This document shows, in pieces, positions 43,687 through 62,007 of a stretch of 64,000 bases of DNA; position 1 is the stretch's first letter, and every line of letters begins with the position of its first letter. Below the pieces are notes generated by a model. It had not been told where the DNA came from, made no database searches, and saw nothing but the letters and a program-made list of their open reading frames with translations. The stretch comes from the human T2T-CHM13v2.0 reference genome, Homo sapiens. The position numbers were made by a program, and so were the translations under genes. The stretch lies in NCBI RefSeq assembly GCF_009914755.1, contig NC_060940.1. The stretch is one strand, 5' to 3'.

Positions 43687-45247
43687 TTAAAACATTGCAA
43701 ATTTTTAGAATAGAAAAGCCTTAAGAATAAGCCTTTTAGAAAAGAAATGTCTTAAGTGCCATTGATTTGTTTTAGCAAAATTCACTTTGTGTGTATTTCC
43801 GTATCTATCCACTTTCATTTTTACTTGCCATGGCAGTACATAATATTTACAATTGCAAAGGTGCTGCCTCTATCTTAAAAAAAAAACCTAAATTGTGTCC
43901 CCTCTTATTATCCTGAAAGGCCTATGTTTTCAGACACCTACACAAAGGGCAGCCAGCAGATCTTGCTAAACACACAGGTTTCTCTATGAATACAGTCATA
44001 TATACTAATACCCAGGTTTCACGTTTTATTATGAAAAGCTAGGACAAATGTAACTAATTTTTAAAAGTATGTCCACATATTTATATTTAGGTTTAAGACA
44101 TCGGTTACATTAATTTCACAAAGACACATGTTCCAATAGCACAGCCTCCTATCTTTGCCCAGATGACATAATTTAAAATTTGTAATGAATCAAGAAGTCA
44201 AAAATGTATAAATGCCACAGGCAGCATCATCAGTGGCACCACCAGATAATCTAGGAGTCTCTGCCCCTAATTCAATTGCTTTCCTCAGCACTAGAACATG
44301 ATGTACGTCTTCAGCAGAATCTAGTATTGTCCGTGTTGATAACATCTGAAATGTCTGTAGCTCTATAAACGTGACATTCCCTGCTCTCTGTGCAGGAATC
44401 CTACTAGGAGCTGAGTAGAAGAAAAAATAGGCCATTCTTTGGAAGAGGGAAGCAGTCAGGAAAAACTGGAACACATTCACCGCCATTTGCCTTGTGGTAT
44501 TTGATGGGAGTTTTATTTCTGCCATCAGGGTCTTTTCTGATCAGGCATAACCCAAATTCCTATTTTCAAATTCTTATTTTGTACCCAAAAGATTATTCAA
44601 CTTAAAGTCTTTATGGGAATAAAATGCCCCTTTAAAAAATTTCGTTTTCACACTGTAGTAGAACACCTAAAGAAAGCACATATCCTTACATCTACTTCTG
44701 ATTCTCCCCACCCACCTACCAAAAACAAGGATCTCCCAGAGGGTACAAGCCAATGAGACCACCGCTTTGATCCCTTGTTTACAGCTAGAACCTGAAGTGA
44801 TACTGTCTATGAGAAATGCTTTTAGAAAGAATCACTAACCCATGGCCAAGTGACTGTGAAAACAATCATTATGTGCCTAAAGGTGAAATATAACCTATTA
44901 AACACAGATCCAGTTACTGATCAAACTTGCTTTTGATAAAAGGAAAAAATCCCTTCCAGGTAATATAAAAATAAGTTCTATATTCCAGTTGCAAGTAGAT
45001 AAGGTGAGAAATCCTCTCTTTTCATCGTTTTCAACTAATAAAACTATCCTTAACGTCCACGTACAGAAAATGGCAACTTTAGAAGGGAGGGGGCCTCTCA
45101 TTCTGAAATACACAGTATCAAACTTGCATGACAGAAACGAATCTTGTACATTTTCATTTTTCTAAAACCTTGGTAATCTGGCAATCACAGAAGCAGAACA
45201 ATTTATAAAGGGTAACAAAAAAATTCATCAAGTAACCTTGAAGGTAG

Positions 45248-45513
<266 letters not shown>

Positions 45514-45687
45514 TACCATTCAAGTAATATTGCAATAAATTTTAAAAGAAACCAAAATGTCGAATGGGCATGGGATTTCTTATTGCGGTGATAAAATTGT
45601 TCTGGAAGTAGACAATGGTGATGGTTCCACAATTTTGTAAATACACTAAAAACCACCGAATTGTACACTTTAAAAGGGCAACTGTTA

Positions 45688-45963
<276 letters not shown>

Positions 45964-46614
45964 TTACCCAAAATACATTCTTCAGATGCTATGTATTTTT
46001 TTAATTGTTTTTAATCTTGAGGGAGGAGCTGCTATTGCCTTGTCACACATAAAGTACAAGTAATCTCCTCAAAATTCAAGTAAAAAACACTACTAACATC
46101 AGGTTTCTGAATACATTTTATAATCAAAGAAAAATACTATTAACATTAGGTTTCTGAATAGATGTTATAACTCAGAGCAGTGAAAGGCTCAAAACAAGCT
46201 GTCCAGACCTGCAGAATGGGTAGTAAGAATGCTTACGACGTTGTTCTCAAAACCAGCTACCAAAACCTTACCTGTGGGGGAACTTCCTACACGGGAAACA
46301 CAAAGTTATTTCATGAATAGCACTTTGTAAATAATTAAGAAGCTGTGAGGTAGTTCCTATTTGGGACTACTACATAAAGACTCTAATAGGTGGCACTAAA
46401 ATTAGGAATGGCTACATAAAATATTTTCATTTAAAAAAAATCTGGACAAAACTAGAGCCTCACAGATGTACTTTTGAAAATACTGGTGAGTTCTTTCCAC
46501 AGACTCCAGCTAACTGAGGGATCACCATTCTCTTTCTCAAGAAATCTAGACTTCAGAGGTGTAGAGCTTCTGCTCTCACACCTAAGACCACGCCCTCAGG
46601 AAACAGAGCCTTAC

Positions 46615-46739
46615 TGTCATGGTTGGCCAGGGTGAACTCCCCTTCATACAGGCCATCGCTGAACCCCATGTTCCACACAGACAGCAGCTCATTCAGAGCT
46701 GGGATGTTAGCTCCTCCGGTATCCGGCATCCACCACTGC
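46615..46739 (-). CDS. MBTPS1: MBTPS1 exon 17 (125 nt)
   Basis: ttcccag| acceptor, A|gtaagg donor; [19 protein letters not shown]. Confidence 0.97.
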
Positions 46740-47489
46740 CTGGGAAAGTGGTAACAGACACACAGGGAACAGGGAATGAAGACACTCCATACACAGTTAT
46801 TTAGTCTCTGTGACAAAACTCAATTTCTCCTGCCACAATCCAGTCCTTCCACACTAAGGCTTCAACTGAAACCAACTGTCTGGGTTTGGGTAAAACTGCA
46901 AATTTAAGTGCTTCGGCTGATGTGTAGAATTAATTAAAGCAAAATTTATTTTATGAAATGAAAATCAGTACTTTACCGAAATGCACCAGAGATAACTGCT
47001 TAGCCTAGACCCAGCAAGGTTCAGTGAAGGAGAAGGAGATGAGAAAGAAGCATAGAAATGTTCAGTCACAGATTCTAAAGAAACCGATTCAAAACATAAA
47101 GGTGATTATGTTTATAATACATTGGGAGTCCTTGATCCCAATAAAGGGAAGGACATTATTCCCTTTGAGTAAATTAATTACTATAAATATAAGTAAATTA
47201 ATTATTGTAAATATACAATATTTAAATATACAATAATTTACTCGAAATATTCTTTAAGAAACAGTTCCTTTGGTGCATTTAAATTTATATATACTCAGTA
47301 ACGGAGAGTGGAAAAGAATTAAACAGAAGTTTAAACCTGAAGTATCTCATATCTAAGATTAACAAGGAAAGACAATGAACCCTCTATATTATTAACAGTA
47401 CTCATACTCAATAAACATCTTACTCTATGAGCAACTTTCAAGAACCTCTCTACTGTATAAAGGACTATTTTCTTTTTTGTGTTTTATTT

Positions 47490-47643
47490 TTTCTCTTTGA
47501 GATAGGGTCTCTCTGACACCCAGGCTGGAGTACAGTGGCTTGATCTCAGCTCACTGCAGCCTTGGCCTCCCAGGTTCAACCGATCTGCCCAACTCAGCCT
47601 TCCAAAGTGCTGGGATTACAGGCGTGAGCAACCGCACTCAGTC
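47490..47643 (-). mobile_element. Alu monomer or internally deleted Alu
   Basis: Alu consensus. Confidence 0.85.
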
Positions 47644-47785
47644 GAAAGGGCTTTTTTTCTAATCAAGCTCTCTGAATGTGTCTGTGCCAACTGGAAAGAC
47701 CACCAACAGGTCAAATCATCACTTAAGTATTTGCTGGGTAGAATTTGATTCCCCAAAAGTCTTATCCAAATACCAATGCGTATCA

Positions 47786-47980
<195 letters not shown>

Positions 47981-48408
47981 TCACTTCTGAATGACAGGAC
48001 ACCACCACGGCAGAAACAGTGTCACCAGGTACATGTCTCAGGTTACTGACACCTAACAGTCTGGTTTGTGCCACCCTGTACCACTTTAAAAGGGACTAAA
48101 AAGTAGAGGACCAGGATCCAGCAATACACAGCGACTAACTGTGATCTGATTTCACTTGTGGTGCTCAGGATAAAGATTTTCATTCACTTGAGAAGGAGCA
48201 AAATATATAGCAGAGCTGCTTTTAACTTAAAGAAAAAAGAGTACGAATGTCCCTGTCTCCAATCAGCCTGTCTTGTATTTCAGCTGAATGTCACACCGCC
48301 ACCACCTGTTTCAGAGCCTCGCCCCAGGCTCACCCAGCTGTGGGGCCCACGGCGCATACTCCCTTGGTAGCTATCACTGAAAACTGGGATTCACTCCTCA
48401 GACATTTA

Positions 48409-48603
<195 letters not shown>

Positions 48604-49990
48604 TTAAAATGATCGATCTTTACTGGCAATAAAGGCATATCTGGCCACAGGGCCGGCTCTGCAAGAGCACCATGCCATGGCCCACAGAGAAGGCCTGGAT
48701 GGCTGGCCCACTGGCACAGGCATCAGCTTAGGAGACCTGTGTGCTCTGGTCTGGACACACGGAAATGGCTGATAAGAAGAAACCATGTGCCTGGCAGGTG
48801 CATGAAAGAGACAAAATGACCAGAAGAAATGGCCAAAGACATGTTTAATGTGTCCTGGACCATCACTGTAGCAGTCGCGTTCAAGTAAATTGCTGGCAAC
48901 CATCTGTGTCTGACAGAAGAGCTTAGCAAATAGCCGCGGGAGTGCAGGGACGCTGGAACAAGCCACGCAGGGCCACGGTGCTAAGACAGCGGCACAGCTA
49001 ACTGATATCACTGCCACTGGTCAACTTTCCATCCCCGTCCCTCCCAAATGAGCTCACTTTCCTATGGGACACTGTATACACCCTCTAGGGGTCACCTCAT
49101 TCTCACCTCCCAGCAGCACAGACTCCAGGTCCTCTCCTGCAGGCCAACGGGCTTGCCTTGGTCTATGAACTTCCCACCACTTCCTGTCTACCCGTCTCTG
49201 GTCTGAGCCCCTCCAATCTGGCTGCCAGAGACATCTTATTTTAAAAGGCAAGTCTGACTCTGTAACTATCCTGGTCACATCTTTCAATGCTTCCCCTTCC
49301 CCTACTTTCAGCATGGAGTTCAAACGTAGTCCAAACATAAAAGCAGAAATGAGCTTGGCTAATGCACCAAGAGAAAGTCAGCCCAGCTGCCCTGCAGGGA
49401 ACAGGCACAGGGAGAGCGGCTATGGGGACTGCGGGGGAAGCAGTGCCAGCTTCTGAAGGGCTGCATGGGTCACACCAGGGGGCTTGGCCGGGTGAGGAAG
49501 TCAGAATAGGCAGTCACTGGAGAGCTTGAGGCAAACTGTGTTAGAATTTGTTTTAAGATTACCAAGGTTGCCAGAAGAGGAGTGGAATTTAGGGCAACAA
49601 CAGCAACAGCAGTGGCACTCAGGAGCTGCTGATGTGGTCCAGGCAAGAGATGACAATGGCATGGACTAGGGTGGGAGCAGGGAGAAGGCCAGAGATGGAA
49701 GGATCCAGGATGCAGTTTGAGGGTAAGACTGACAGCTTTGCTGACTGGCGCAATGGGAGAAGGAAGGAAAAGAGAACTTCAAGCTTTTTACTGCATAATC
49801 ATACTTGTGAAAGTTTCAAAAGAGAAGTCAGGCTGCCCTAAGTGCATGGCAAAAGCCTGAACATCTCAGCGTCATCAGAGTCCAGGCTCCACGAGAAGCT
49901 GAGCAACATCTTTCCAAGAGTTGCGGGAACAGTGGTGCCTCCTCCCACCACGGAGGCTGGGGAGGTGAAGTGCATCCTGTGAGGTGCTTA

Positions 49991-50164
<174 letters not shown>

Positions 50165-50581
50165 CTAAAAAAAAAGAAAAGAAACTTGAAACGCCCTCAT
50201 TGTGCAGAAAGAAACTTTCAGGTTTGAAAACATCATTTCTATTTATCAACTTAACCTAAATAATTTGAACACAAGAATTTCCAATAACAAATGTCTGATG
50301 AAAGATTCATGTATCATAACTAAGTCCATTCAAACACTTAAAGAGTTTAACAGTTAAAATTTAAGGCATATTCTATCAATAAAAACTACTAGAGCCTCAT
50401 AGGATTAACCCTACATTTCCTTTTAGAGAATGTATATTTTTGGTGCACTCCTTTTGAGCTTGAAATCTGGTAGAAAACAGTCTTCTCTGCTGTTGTGTGG
50501 CCACAGAACGGCAAGCCCTAGCACTCACTGACTGAGCTACTTCTTCAAACTCCAGCTGCTCCGGAGGCCCTGGAACCATCA

Positions 50582-50929
<348 letters not shown>

Positions 50930-52635
50930 CTAAAGTGAAAAGCTCCAGGAGAAAACACGTGGAAACCAGAAAAACTCAATTCTTACCAAAACTGGTTCCG
51001 AGAAATACTTCACTAAATAGGGAAAAATAAAATTTATACACAGATACTAAGTAACTACAACCAAAGTAGCCTATGGACTGCCTCGGACGTATCACTAGAA
51101 AAGTCTAGAAACCACTATTTCTGACAGCTTCCAATTTTATGGAGACATTTTTTTTCTATTATAAAACAGGAACTTTTGTCAAAAGTTCTTTGATGAAAAA
51201 CTTCATCTGACTAAGAGAACTTATATAGATGAAAACTCTCAGATTTAAGGTTATTTCCCAATTAGTTGTATGCTTTAAAAAAATCCCATTAATTGAAAGC
51301 AGTAACATGACAGGGACACCAGCTGTCCCGAGTCACATTCTGAAGCTGGAAAGAGGTGGCCGGAGGGAGGACTGGCTCAGCTGCGAGATGACCACCCTTC
51401 TACCCTCCAGGTGGGAGAAAAGCAGAAAGGGAAGCGTGAGCAGAGGCCATCTGGAAGAGACGTCAATGAGAGCTTGCAACTAACCGGTATTTCAGACGAA
51501 TCTAAATTACTCATTTCCCTCCACAATCCACACAGCCAGAACTTACTTCCCAAGTAAGCCAGTGGGTTAAGAAAAAAGTATGAAAAAGAAAAATATCTGT
51601 AGGATACGGTGTCCCAAATAATGAGGAAGAAAAGGGATTTTTAAAGAATGCTCTTGGAGCCACTGGTTCCCAAGTGAAAAACTTTCGCCCATCTCTTGTA
51701 ACACATCAAATTAACACAGATGAAACAATTAAATATTTAACAATCATATACATAAAAATTAGTAGAAAAATAAAATGGAAATTTTATTATCTCTCTGGAA
51801 TGATGTTTCCATCTGCAAAACAATAAAAGTCACAAAACATAAAAATTCAACTACATGAAATGTAAAACTTTTACAGAAGGAAAAAAATCCCCACCACAGT
51901 AAGTAATATTAAAGGGAAAAGAGCATCACCTGGAGGAACATTTTGCTGAACACACAGCAATGGTGAATTTCTCTATGACAGGGCGATCATGTTAGGATTG
52001 ATAGAGAAAATCCCAATTCCAGGAGAAAAATGGGCCAACGAAATCAACGTGTAACTCATACAAGAGGAAACAGAATTCGTAAACACAACCAAAGATACCC
52101 ACCCCACAAAGAACTGAAGTGCACATTACACAAGGCGCCCGTTTTACCCCCATCTAAGCTGAAAGCTGAAAGATGTACCACCTAGAATAGCCAAATGCCC
52201 AGCAAGAGATGAACGGAGAAACGCCATGTGGCCGACCCGCCCAGTGGAGCACTACTCCAACACAGGAAGCAGCGCGGCACTGACAGCACTACGGCGTGGA
52301 CAAACTGTGAAAACCTGAGGCTGAGGGAAGGAAGCCGGGCACAAAAGGACAGATGCTATAGGATTCCATTGATGTGAGAAGTCCAGAACAGGCAAGCCCA
52401 CAGAGACAGAAAGCAGGCTGGTTGCCAAGGGCTGGTGGAAGGAAGAAGGAGTGGCTGATAATGGGTATAAGGTTTCTTTTAGGGAATGTTCCTGAAGGAG
52501 ATGTTGGCACAGCCTTCTGAATATACTAAAACCCACCAAACTGTGCGACCTAAAAGGGTGAATTTCACGATACGTGGATTTTATCTCAATTTTTTAAAAC
52601 ACTAATGGAATAAAAACACTTTAAAAGGCAAATCA

Positions 52636-52924
<289 letters not shown>

Positions 52925-53257
52925 GGCAAATCACCCAGTGAAGGTGTGGTGGAGCCATCTTCTCCTGAACCCCACTGGCAGCAGTCTAAGCTGACATAAC
53001 TCCACTGGACAGAATTTGGTAGGATGTGCCAAGAGCCATCCTTGACTGTTCACACCCTCTGATTCAGGGAGCAAATCCAGGGAGTTTATGTTAAGGAAAT
53101 AATTCAAAATAAAAGAAAACCATATATGCAATAATATTCAGTGAAATGTTTATAATTGAAAACTACCTAACAGTTCAAAGGAAAATAGCAAACAAATTAT
53201 AATTTACTATTTCTATATAAACAACCATTAAGAAGTATACTGGTGCCATGCATATAG

Positions 53258-54615
<1,358 letters not shown>

Positions 54616-54653
54616 TAGAACTTTTCCTTTTTTAACTTCAGCAGAAGTAACTA

Positions 54654-54887
<234 letters not shown>

Positions 54888-54959
54888 TTAGAGTAGATCA
54901 TATGAGAAAACTACAATGAAGCAACACAACTGTACAAGACAGAGTTAACAAAGCAGACC

Positions 54960-55470
54960 TAGCTTCAGAAGGGCTTGCTTACAGCGCTGCCCTAGGCTGG
55001 CATCTGGGAACTTGGCTCTGGAATGCTCCTGCACAGATAAGGCCTCTGTGCCAGCCTGCTGTCTATACAGACAGTGTGATGTGCAGGGACACCTCTGCTT
55101 TTGCAAGTCTGGAGCTTTGGGAGTTGTCACTGGCAGAGAATGAGTACGTGACCAGCCCTAATGGAAACTTGGACTTGAGTCTCTAGAGGGCTTCCCTGGG
55201 CAAAAACACGTACACATGTCAATGCAGCTTGCTGCTAGGAAAGGGGCCAGCTCTGTGAGACCCTGCCTGGCAGGAGAGAGGGGAGAGCTTAGGAAGCTGC
55301 GCCTGGATTTCTCCAGGCTTTCTCCGTGTGAGGCATCTTTTTCCCTTACAGAGCCGCTGTGCATCCTTGCTGTGCCACTATAATGAATCTTAGCTGGGAG
55401 TATGACCACAGGCTGAGTCCCGTGAGCCCTAAAGCACCGAGCCTGGGAGAGGTGCTGGGGACCCTGACAT
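54960..55470 (+). mobile_element. MER21-like LTR remnant
   Basis: tacgtgaccagccc...gggcttccctgg...tgagtcccgtgag...ggggaccctgaca. Confidence 0.6.
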
Positions 55471-56149
55471 AATTTGTGTCAGAAGTGCTGACACAAGTGC
55501 TCTGGCAATTATGTTGGTTTCATGGTTTCCCCTTATCTGAACTGAGTTTGTGTTGGGTTCACATCACTCCTAGTGCAGCAGCGGTGTCAGCTACGCCCGA
55601 ACAGGTGAAAAGACAGGAACAGACAAATGTTTCAGACAAGACGTGACCCACGATGGCCTCCCTGAGAGCACCAGGCATACGTGGATCCTGCTTCTCAAGC
55701 TGCACCCACGTGCAGTGGGCGGGCGGCTCTGCGCAACTGCTTCACCTCATTACAGGAGATGCCAGCCTTTCTCAAACAGCAACTACGGTATAAGGAGTAC
55801 TTTTTATTAGTTTGTAATAACAAAGATGTATCTGGGCCAACTGAATTGCTATTTAAGAAACCAAATGGAATATCTTTAGGGATACTGTGACTTTCACAGG
55901 CAGTTATAATCAACACATATCACAGTTAAGTTATCTCAACAGATACCACCTTCACAAGTCTGAAGTTCACCAAAAAAAGAAAAAGAAAAGGAAATAGGTA
56001 CTACCTAGTTTTAAAAATCCTGAATGGATCGGCCATGTGACTACAATTGTATGCATCAGCAAAGGTATCTGTTCTACTTGAAATGTGTTTCTAAACTTTG
56101 CTGGTAATTGTGCTCTGTAATCAGTTTAATTCGACTACTAATTCAACAT

Positions 56150-58900
56150 GATTTAACTAGGAAACCATTATTAGCAAACAGAATTCAACATCATATTAAG
56201 AAAACAAAATAGCAAGACCAGTGGCATTTATTACAGATTGGTTCAATATTGGGAAACTCATTAATATCATAAACCATATATATTAATAGGTCTAAAGTAT
56301 TCATATGATTACCTTTCTAGATGCTGAAAAAACATACAAAATTCAATCCACAGTCCTCATGAAAACGCTCAGAAAAACAGCACTAGACAGATAATCTAAC
56401 ACAATAAAAAATATATACATATATATATAGATATACACACCTTAGGGATAAATCCAGCATCTTACTTAACGGAGAAATACAAGAGGCATTTCCATTAAGA
56501 TTAGGAACAACGTAAGGATAGCCACTCTCTCCCCTGCTGTTCAACACTGTGCTAGATATACCAGCCCATGCAACTAGACAGAAAATAATCAATGAAGCCT
56601 TAAGAATTGGCAAGGAAGATGTAAAACTATCTTTATTTCCATATGGTAGGTTAGTACACCTGGAAAACCCTAGAGAAGCAATAATAAAACTAACTCAAAC
56701 AATAATTCAGATAGGTAGCAGCATATAAAATTAACATATAGAAATAAAATCAACCAGTTAGAGAATATACAAGAAGAGAAAGCCCCATCTACAGCAGCAA
56801 CAAAAAGATTAAATACTTAAACTTACCAAGAAATGTGTAAAACCTATATGAAGACAACTGTAAAACCTCCTGGAAGACACACAAGAGCAAATGGAAACAT
56901 ATCCTTTGCTCTTAGACAAAATAACAGCATTATAAAAATATTACTTCTAAGTTCATTTAAAATTTGATGCAATTGCAACAAAAATTCCAACAAGCTTCTT
57001 TCATAGAATTAAGTAAGATGATATGAAAATTCATATGAAGAAAACAAACATGCAAGAATAGCCAAGAAGGGCCGGGTGAAGTGACTCACGCGTGTCATCC
57101 CAGCACTTTGGGAGGCCGAGGCGGGAGGACGGCTTGAGCCCAGGAGTTGAAGACCAGCCTGGGCAACATGGCAAAACCCTGTCTCTACTAAAAATAGAAA
57201 AATTAGCGGGGCATGGGGGTATGTACCTGCAGTCCACCTACTTGGGAGGCTGAGACGGGACAGTCACCTGAGCCCAGATGGCAGAGGTTACAGTGAGCTG
57301 AGATCATGCAACTACACTCCAGCCTGAGCCACAGAGCAAGACCCTGCTGCATTAAAAAAGAAAAAAAAAAAAAAAAGAGAGAGAGAAAAGAAAAGAAAGA
57401 AAGAAAAGAATACCCAAGAAAACAACGAAAAAAAAAATTACAAGGGGAACTAGCACTAACAGATATTAAAACATGCTATAAAGTCTTTATAATCAAAACA
57501 GTGTGGTACCAGTACATGGACAGACAGACCAGTGGAACAGAATGGAAAGCTCAGGGATAGACATAATACATATGAAAACTTAGTACATAATAAAGACAGT
57601 ATCTCAAATCACTGGGGCAAAGATGGACTTTTTAATCACAAGAGCTTTAACAAATGGGTGGCCATTTGGCAAAAGAAAAAATTACATCCCTACCTCCAAA
57701 CAATACACAAAAATTAACTCCAAATGGATCAAGGAATTTCAAGTAAATAAAAGAAAGCAAACAAATATTAGAAGAAAACACAGGTGAATTTCTCTTTTAC
57801 CTCCCTCAGTGCAGAAAAAGACTTTCTAAGGACTCAAAATACAGAGGCATCAGCTGAAGAGTAACAAATGTGACTATTAAAAAACAACTGCATGGCAAAA
57901 ACACCTTACACTAAGTCAAAAGACAACTGACAAAGTGGCAGAAAAATCCGCAACATGCATCCCTGACGGAGGGTTACTAACACTCATATATCGAGAACTC
58001 TAAAGAGGGACCAAAAACCCCATTGAAAAAGAAATGAACAGACAATTCACAAGAAAGCTTAAAAAAAAAAAGCTCTTAAACATGGACTTAGGTGTTCAAA
58101 CTCACTCATAAATAGAGAAACACAAATTAAACAATACTGAAATACCATTTCTTACCAATCAGATTTGTAAAAATAACAAGACAGAGCACTCTGTCAGTGA
58201 GGCTTTGGGGAAACCGGCACTCACGCACACTGCTCACGCAATACCAAAAGGCACAACCCTTTCACAGAGAAACAAAGCAATGCCTAACAGAGCTACCCGA
58301 TGCTCTCAACGCTGACCAGCAGTGCTACCTTACCTAACAGAGCTACCGGGCGCTCTCGACCCGGACCAGCAGTGCCACCTTACCTAAGTTACCTGACGCT
58401 CTCAACCCGGACCAGCAGTGCCACCTTACCTAACAGAGCTACCCGATGCTCTCAACCCAGACCAGCAGTGCCACCTTACCTAACAGAGCTACCCGATGCT
58501 CTCAACCCAGACCAGCAGTGCCACCTTACCTAACAGAGCTACCCGATGCTCTCAACCCAGACCAGCAGTGCCACCTTACCTAACAGAGCTACCAGACGCT
58601 CTCAATGCTGAGCAGGGTAAATTTTTAGGAATTTACCCTGAAGGAACACCTCCAACAAAACTAAGACACACAGGCCTGAGGTTATTCACTGCAAGTTTAT
58701 AATTACAAAATACTGGAAACAACTTAAAAGCCCATATGTAGACAAGTAGTGGCTTAAACGATTGTACATTCACAGGATACGGCTGTGAAAAAGGAGAATC
58801 TCTACGCACTGACGTGGAGAGATTTCCAGGACGTTAAGTGAAAAAAGCAGAATCCAAAACAATATCCACAGCGATGCTATCCTTCTATGTATGTGCTCAT
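56150..58900 (+). mobile_element. Old L1 (L1MD/ME-like) ORF2 3' half, interrupted by an Alu (57070-57407) and the 50-bp minisatellite
   Basis: Decayed ORF2 text (tagatgctgaaaaa; LALTDIKTCYKVFIIKTVWYQYMDRQ); Alu TSD aagaata(g/c)ccaagaa. Confidence 0.88.
58283..58615. repeat. 50-bp minisatellite (cctaacagagctacccgatgctctcaacccagaccagcagtgccacctta), ~6.5 copies, inside an L1 remnant
   Basis: Exact period 50 across 58410-58590; outer copies more diverged. Confidence 0.95.
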
Positions 58901-59002
58901 TTGTGGGGTGGTGGGGGCAGGGGGAAGGATAAACCCAAACCTGATGTCATGGTTACCTAAGGCGTGTGCGGAAGCCTGGTAGAAAGAATGGGCGAGTGGG
59001 AA

Positions 59003-59411
59003 CTGACATGGTTTGGATGCTCGCCCCCTCCCAATCTCACGCTGACGTGTAATCCCCCATGTTGGAGGTGGGCCTAGTGGGAGGGACTGGGTCCTGGGGG
59101 AGACCCCTCATGGGTGGTTTAGCACCATCCCTCTGGTGGTAACTGAGTTCTCACTCAGCTCAGGCAAGATCTGGGTGTTTAACAGTCTGGGACCTCCCCG
59201 CTCTCTTGCTCCCTCTCTTGCCATGTGATGTGCTGGCTCCCCTTCACCTTCTGCCATGATTGGAAGCTCCCTGAGGCCTCCCCAGAAGCAGGTGCTGGTG
59301 CTATGCTTCCTGTACAGCCTGCAGAACCAGGAGCCAACTGAACCTCTTTTCTTTATAAATTACCCAGTCTCAGGTATTTTTTTATAGCAGTGCAAGAACA
59401 AACGAACACAT
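59003..59411 (+). mobile_element. MSTB-like solo LTR
   Basis: tgacatggtttggatg...cttctgccatgattggaagct...tttataaattacccagtctcaggtatt. Confidence 0.88.
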
Positions 59412-61626
59412 CCTTAGAACCACAGTCATGTTTCACACACCCAATAACAAGTTATAATCAACCAGGATGTGGGGGAAATCTAAAAAGGAATACAAACACG
59501 AATAAATGAGTCCAACTGTATTAAAAAGACACCAAGGAAAGAATTAACCTAAGTAACTGAAAAAAACACTATAACTGTATTCTGTAGGGCCAAAGATAAT
59601 GACGCACTGTCACAAATACTATATTCAAAAAACTCACAAGGACATGGGCTAGCAGTTCCAAAGCTGCTCAGTACGTATACACTACAACTAAGCAAATAAG
59701 CCAACATATTGTGGATAATGAGAGCCAGGCTTCTCACTGTTGGAGAATGGAGTTAGAAACAGAGGTAACATGACCATCTCTGTAAATAAGAAATAAATAA
59801 ATTAATAGAAACAAGGATAGGGAAAGGCTGGAATGAACACTGAGATACTGGCTGGAACCTGGAGGTGGCATGAACTCATGTTTCCAGTACATACACAGAT
59901 AGGCAGATACAGAAGCAGGCGTGTGTGTCTGTGCACGTGTCCACACGTTGCCTAGCTCTGTCCGAAGAGCGCAGTAACCACTGTGAGCACAGCAGCTTGG
60001 AGCACCCCGAGTGCCCAGGTCTTGATTTCTTTAGAAGAGGCCATCAGCAAAGAGCTGCTTGGAGACAGAACTGATACCAAGGCTAGAGCACAGAGGTGCA
60101 TGACAGGACATCCTGTGCTGCCAGGAAGACAGAAAGTGCTCAGAAAAGGCTGGACACATGCTGAAAACACACATAAGCCAACTAGATGGAGCTCCCAACA
60201 GCCAACTCGGGGACAATTTGAATGACCCACTAAATGATATTAATTATAATCCACAGAGTAAAATAAATATCTATGTGTCCACACTGATGTAAAGAACTGA
60301 ATAAATAAATGGGACAGAAAGGACAGCTCTTCCTTCCAGGAGAGTTCCAATTAATCAATGTAAATGGAATGAAGGAAAAAGAAAATCATCACGTGTCAAA
60401 GTTGTCAGGAGTAATCACCAAAGGCAAGAACCATCAAGGCATGCTAACATGAGTGAGTGGAAGTATGTGACGAAACAAGGCCATCTCGAAACATGCCCCC
60501 ACAAGACACTGAGAAGTCACAAAGGAAACACGGGCTGCACAGTGGAGACACCTGGCAGGAGCCACCTCTGGCCCCACAGGGCCAGCAGCTCAGGTCTCCT
60601 CTGCAGGACACTGCTGGCTGACACCCGCAGCTGCCACCCTCAGGTCCTCACACGTCTGTGCCAAGGCCACGCTTCCCCTGGGGCTGCTCCCAGCCAATGA
60701 CTAAGCACACAGGAGGCACTAGGGCAGGCCCATTCTGGGGGGACACAGGACTCCTCCAACAGGCAATCTGGTTCAAGGATTTCCCATCAGCCAAAACTTT
60801 TTCAGGCCTGTGCGAGCCTCTTCCTCCCCAGTCCTCCTAACTTTTCGGTGTCAGATCAGCACTGCAGTTCCTGCCTATTCCCACACCCTTCCCTTTATCC
60901 TTCAGAGGCCCTCACTCCCCACATATCTTTTGAACATGTAATCCTAGCTTGACGTCTGCTTCTTGGAGGACCCAGACTGACAGACCACATTAATCAAATG
61001 ATGAAAATGAATACCCCCAATAACAAGATGAAGGAAAACGGAGGAACCGTCTGTGATTAGAGGAAACCAAGAAGACAGGACAATGAAATCCAATGTGGGA
61101 TCCTGGACTGGATCCCAGAGAAGGGACCTGTGGGACAATGGGCGGAATCTGCGTGAAGCCTGCAGGTCAGTCAGCAGTGCTACATCAAGGTTCATTTCCA
61201 GACTCTGACGCTCATACTGAGGTTATGGAAGATACTAAGGTGAGGGAAAGCTGGGTGAAGGACTCAGGGGTTCTCATGAACTATTTGTGAAACTTTGCTG
61301 TAAATCTAAAATCATTTCAAAATAAGGGTGAAAACAAAGCAGGGCCCAGGCCGGACGGGAGTACCACAGGAGCTGGCGAGATGTATGTGGTCTGCAGGTG
61401 AATTACAGCACAGTGTCAGTGTTTGTATGACAGTTTTAACAGCTGTACTCCACTCATCTGAAATGGTGGCATCAGGGGAAACTGGGCAACCTTGTAGGAC
61501 AACTCTCTCCTATTTCTGCAAAATTTCTGTAAACCTAAGATTATTTCAAGAGTCTAAGAAAGTAAACAACAAAAGCAAAAAAACCACTCAGAAATCATTA
61601 CTTTTAACCATTTATATTAAAGATCA

Positions 61627-62007
<381 letters not shown>

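Noticed and set aside
44298-44349. C/D-box snoRNA-like pair (atgatgt...ctga)
   Set aside because: Imperfect C box, too short, and antisense to the host gene.
47165-47240. AT-rich imperfect palindrome or duplication
   Set aside because: Low complexity; expected by chance in an AT-rich intron.
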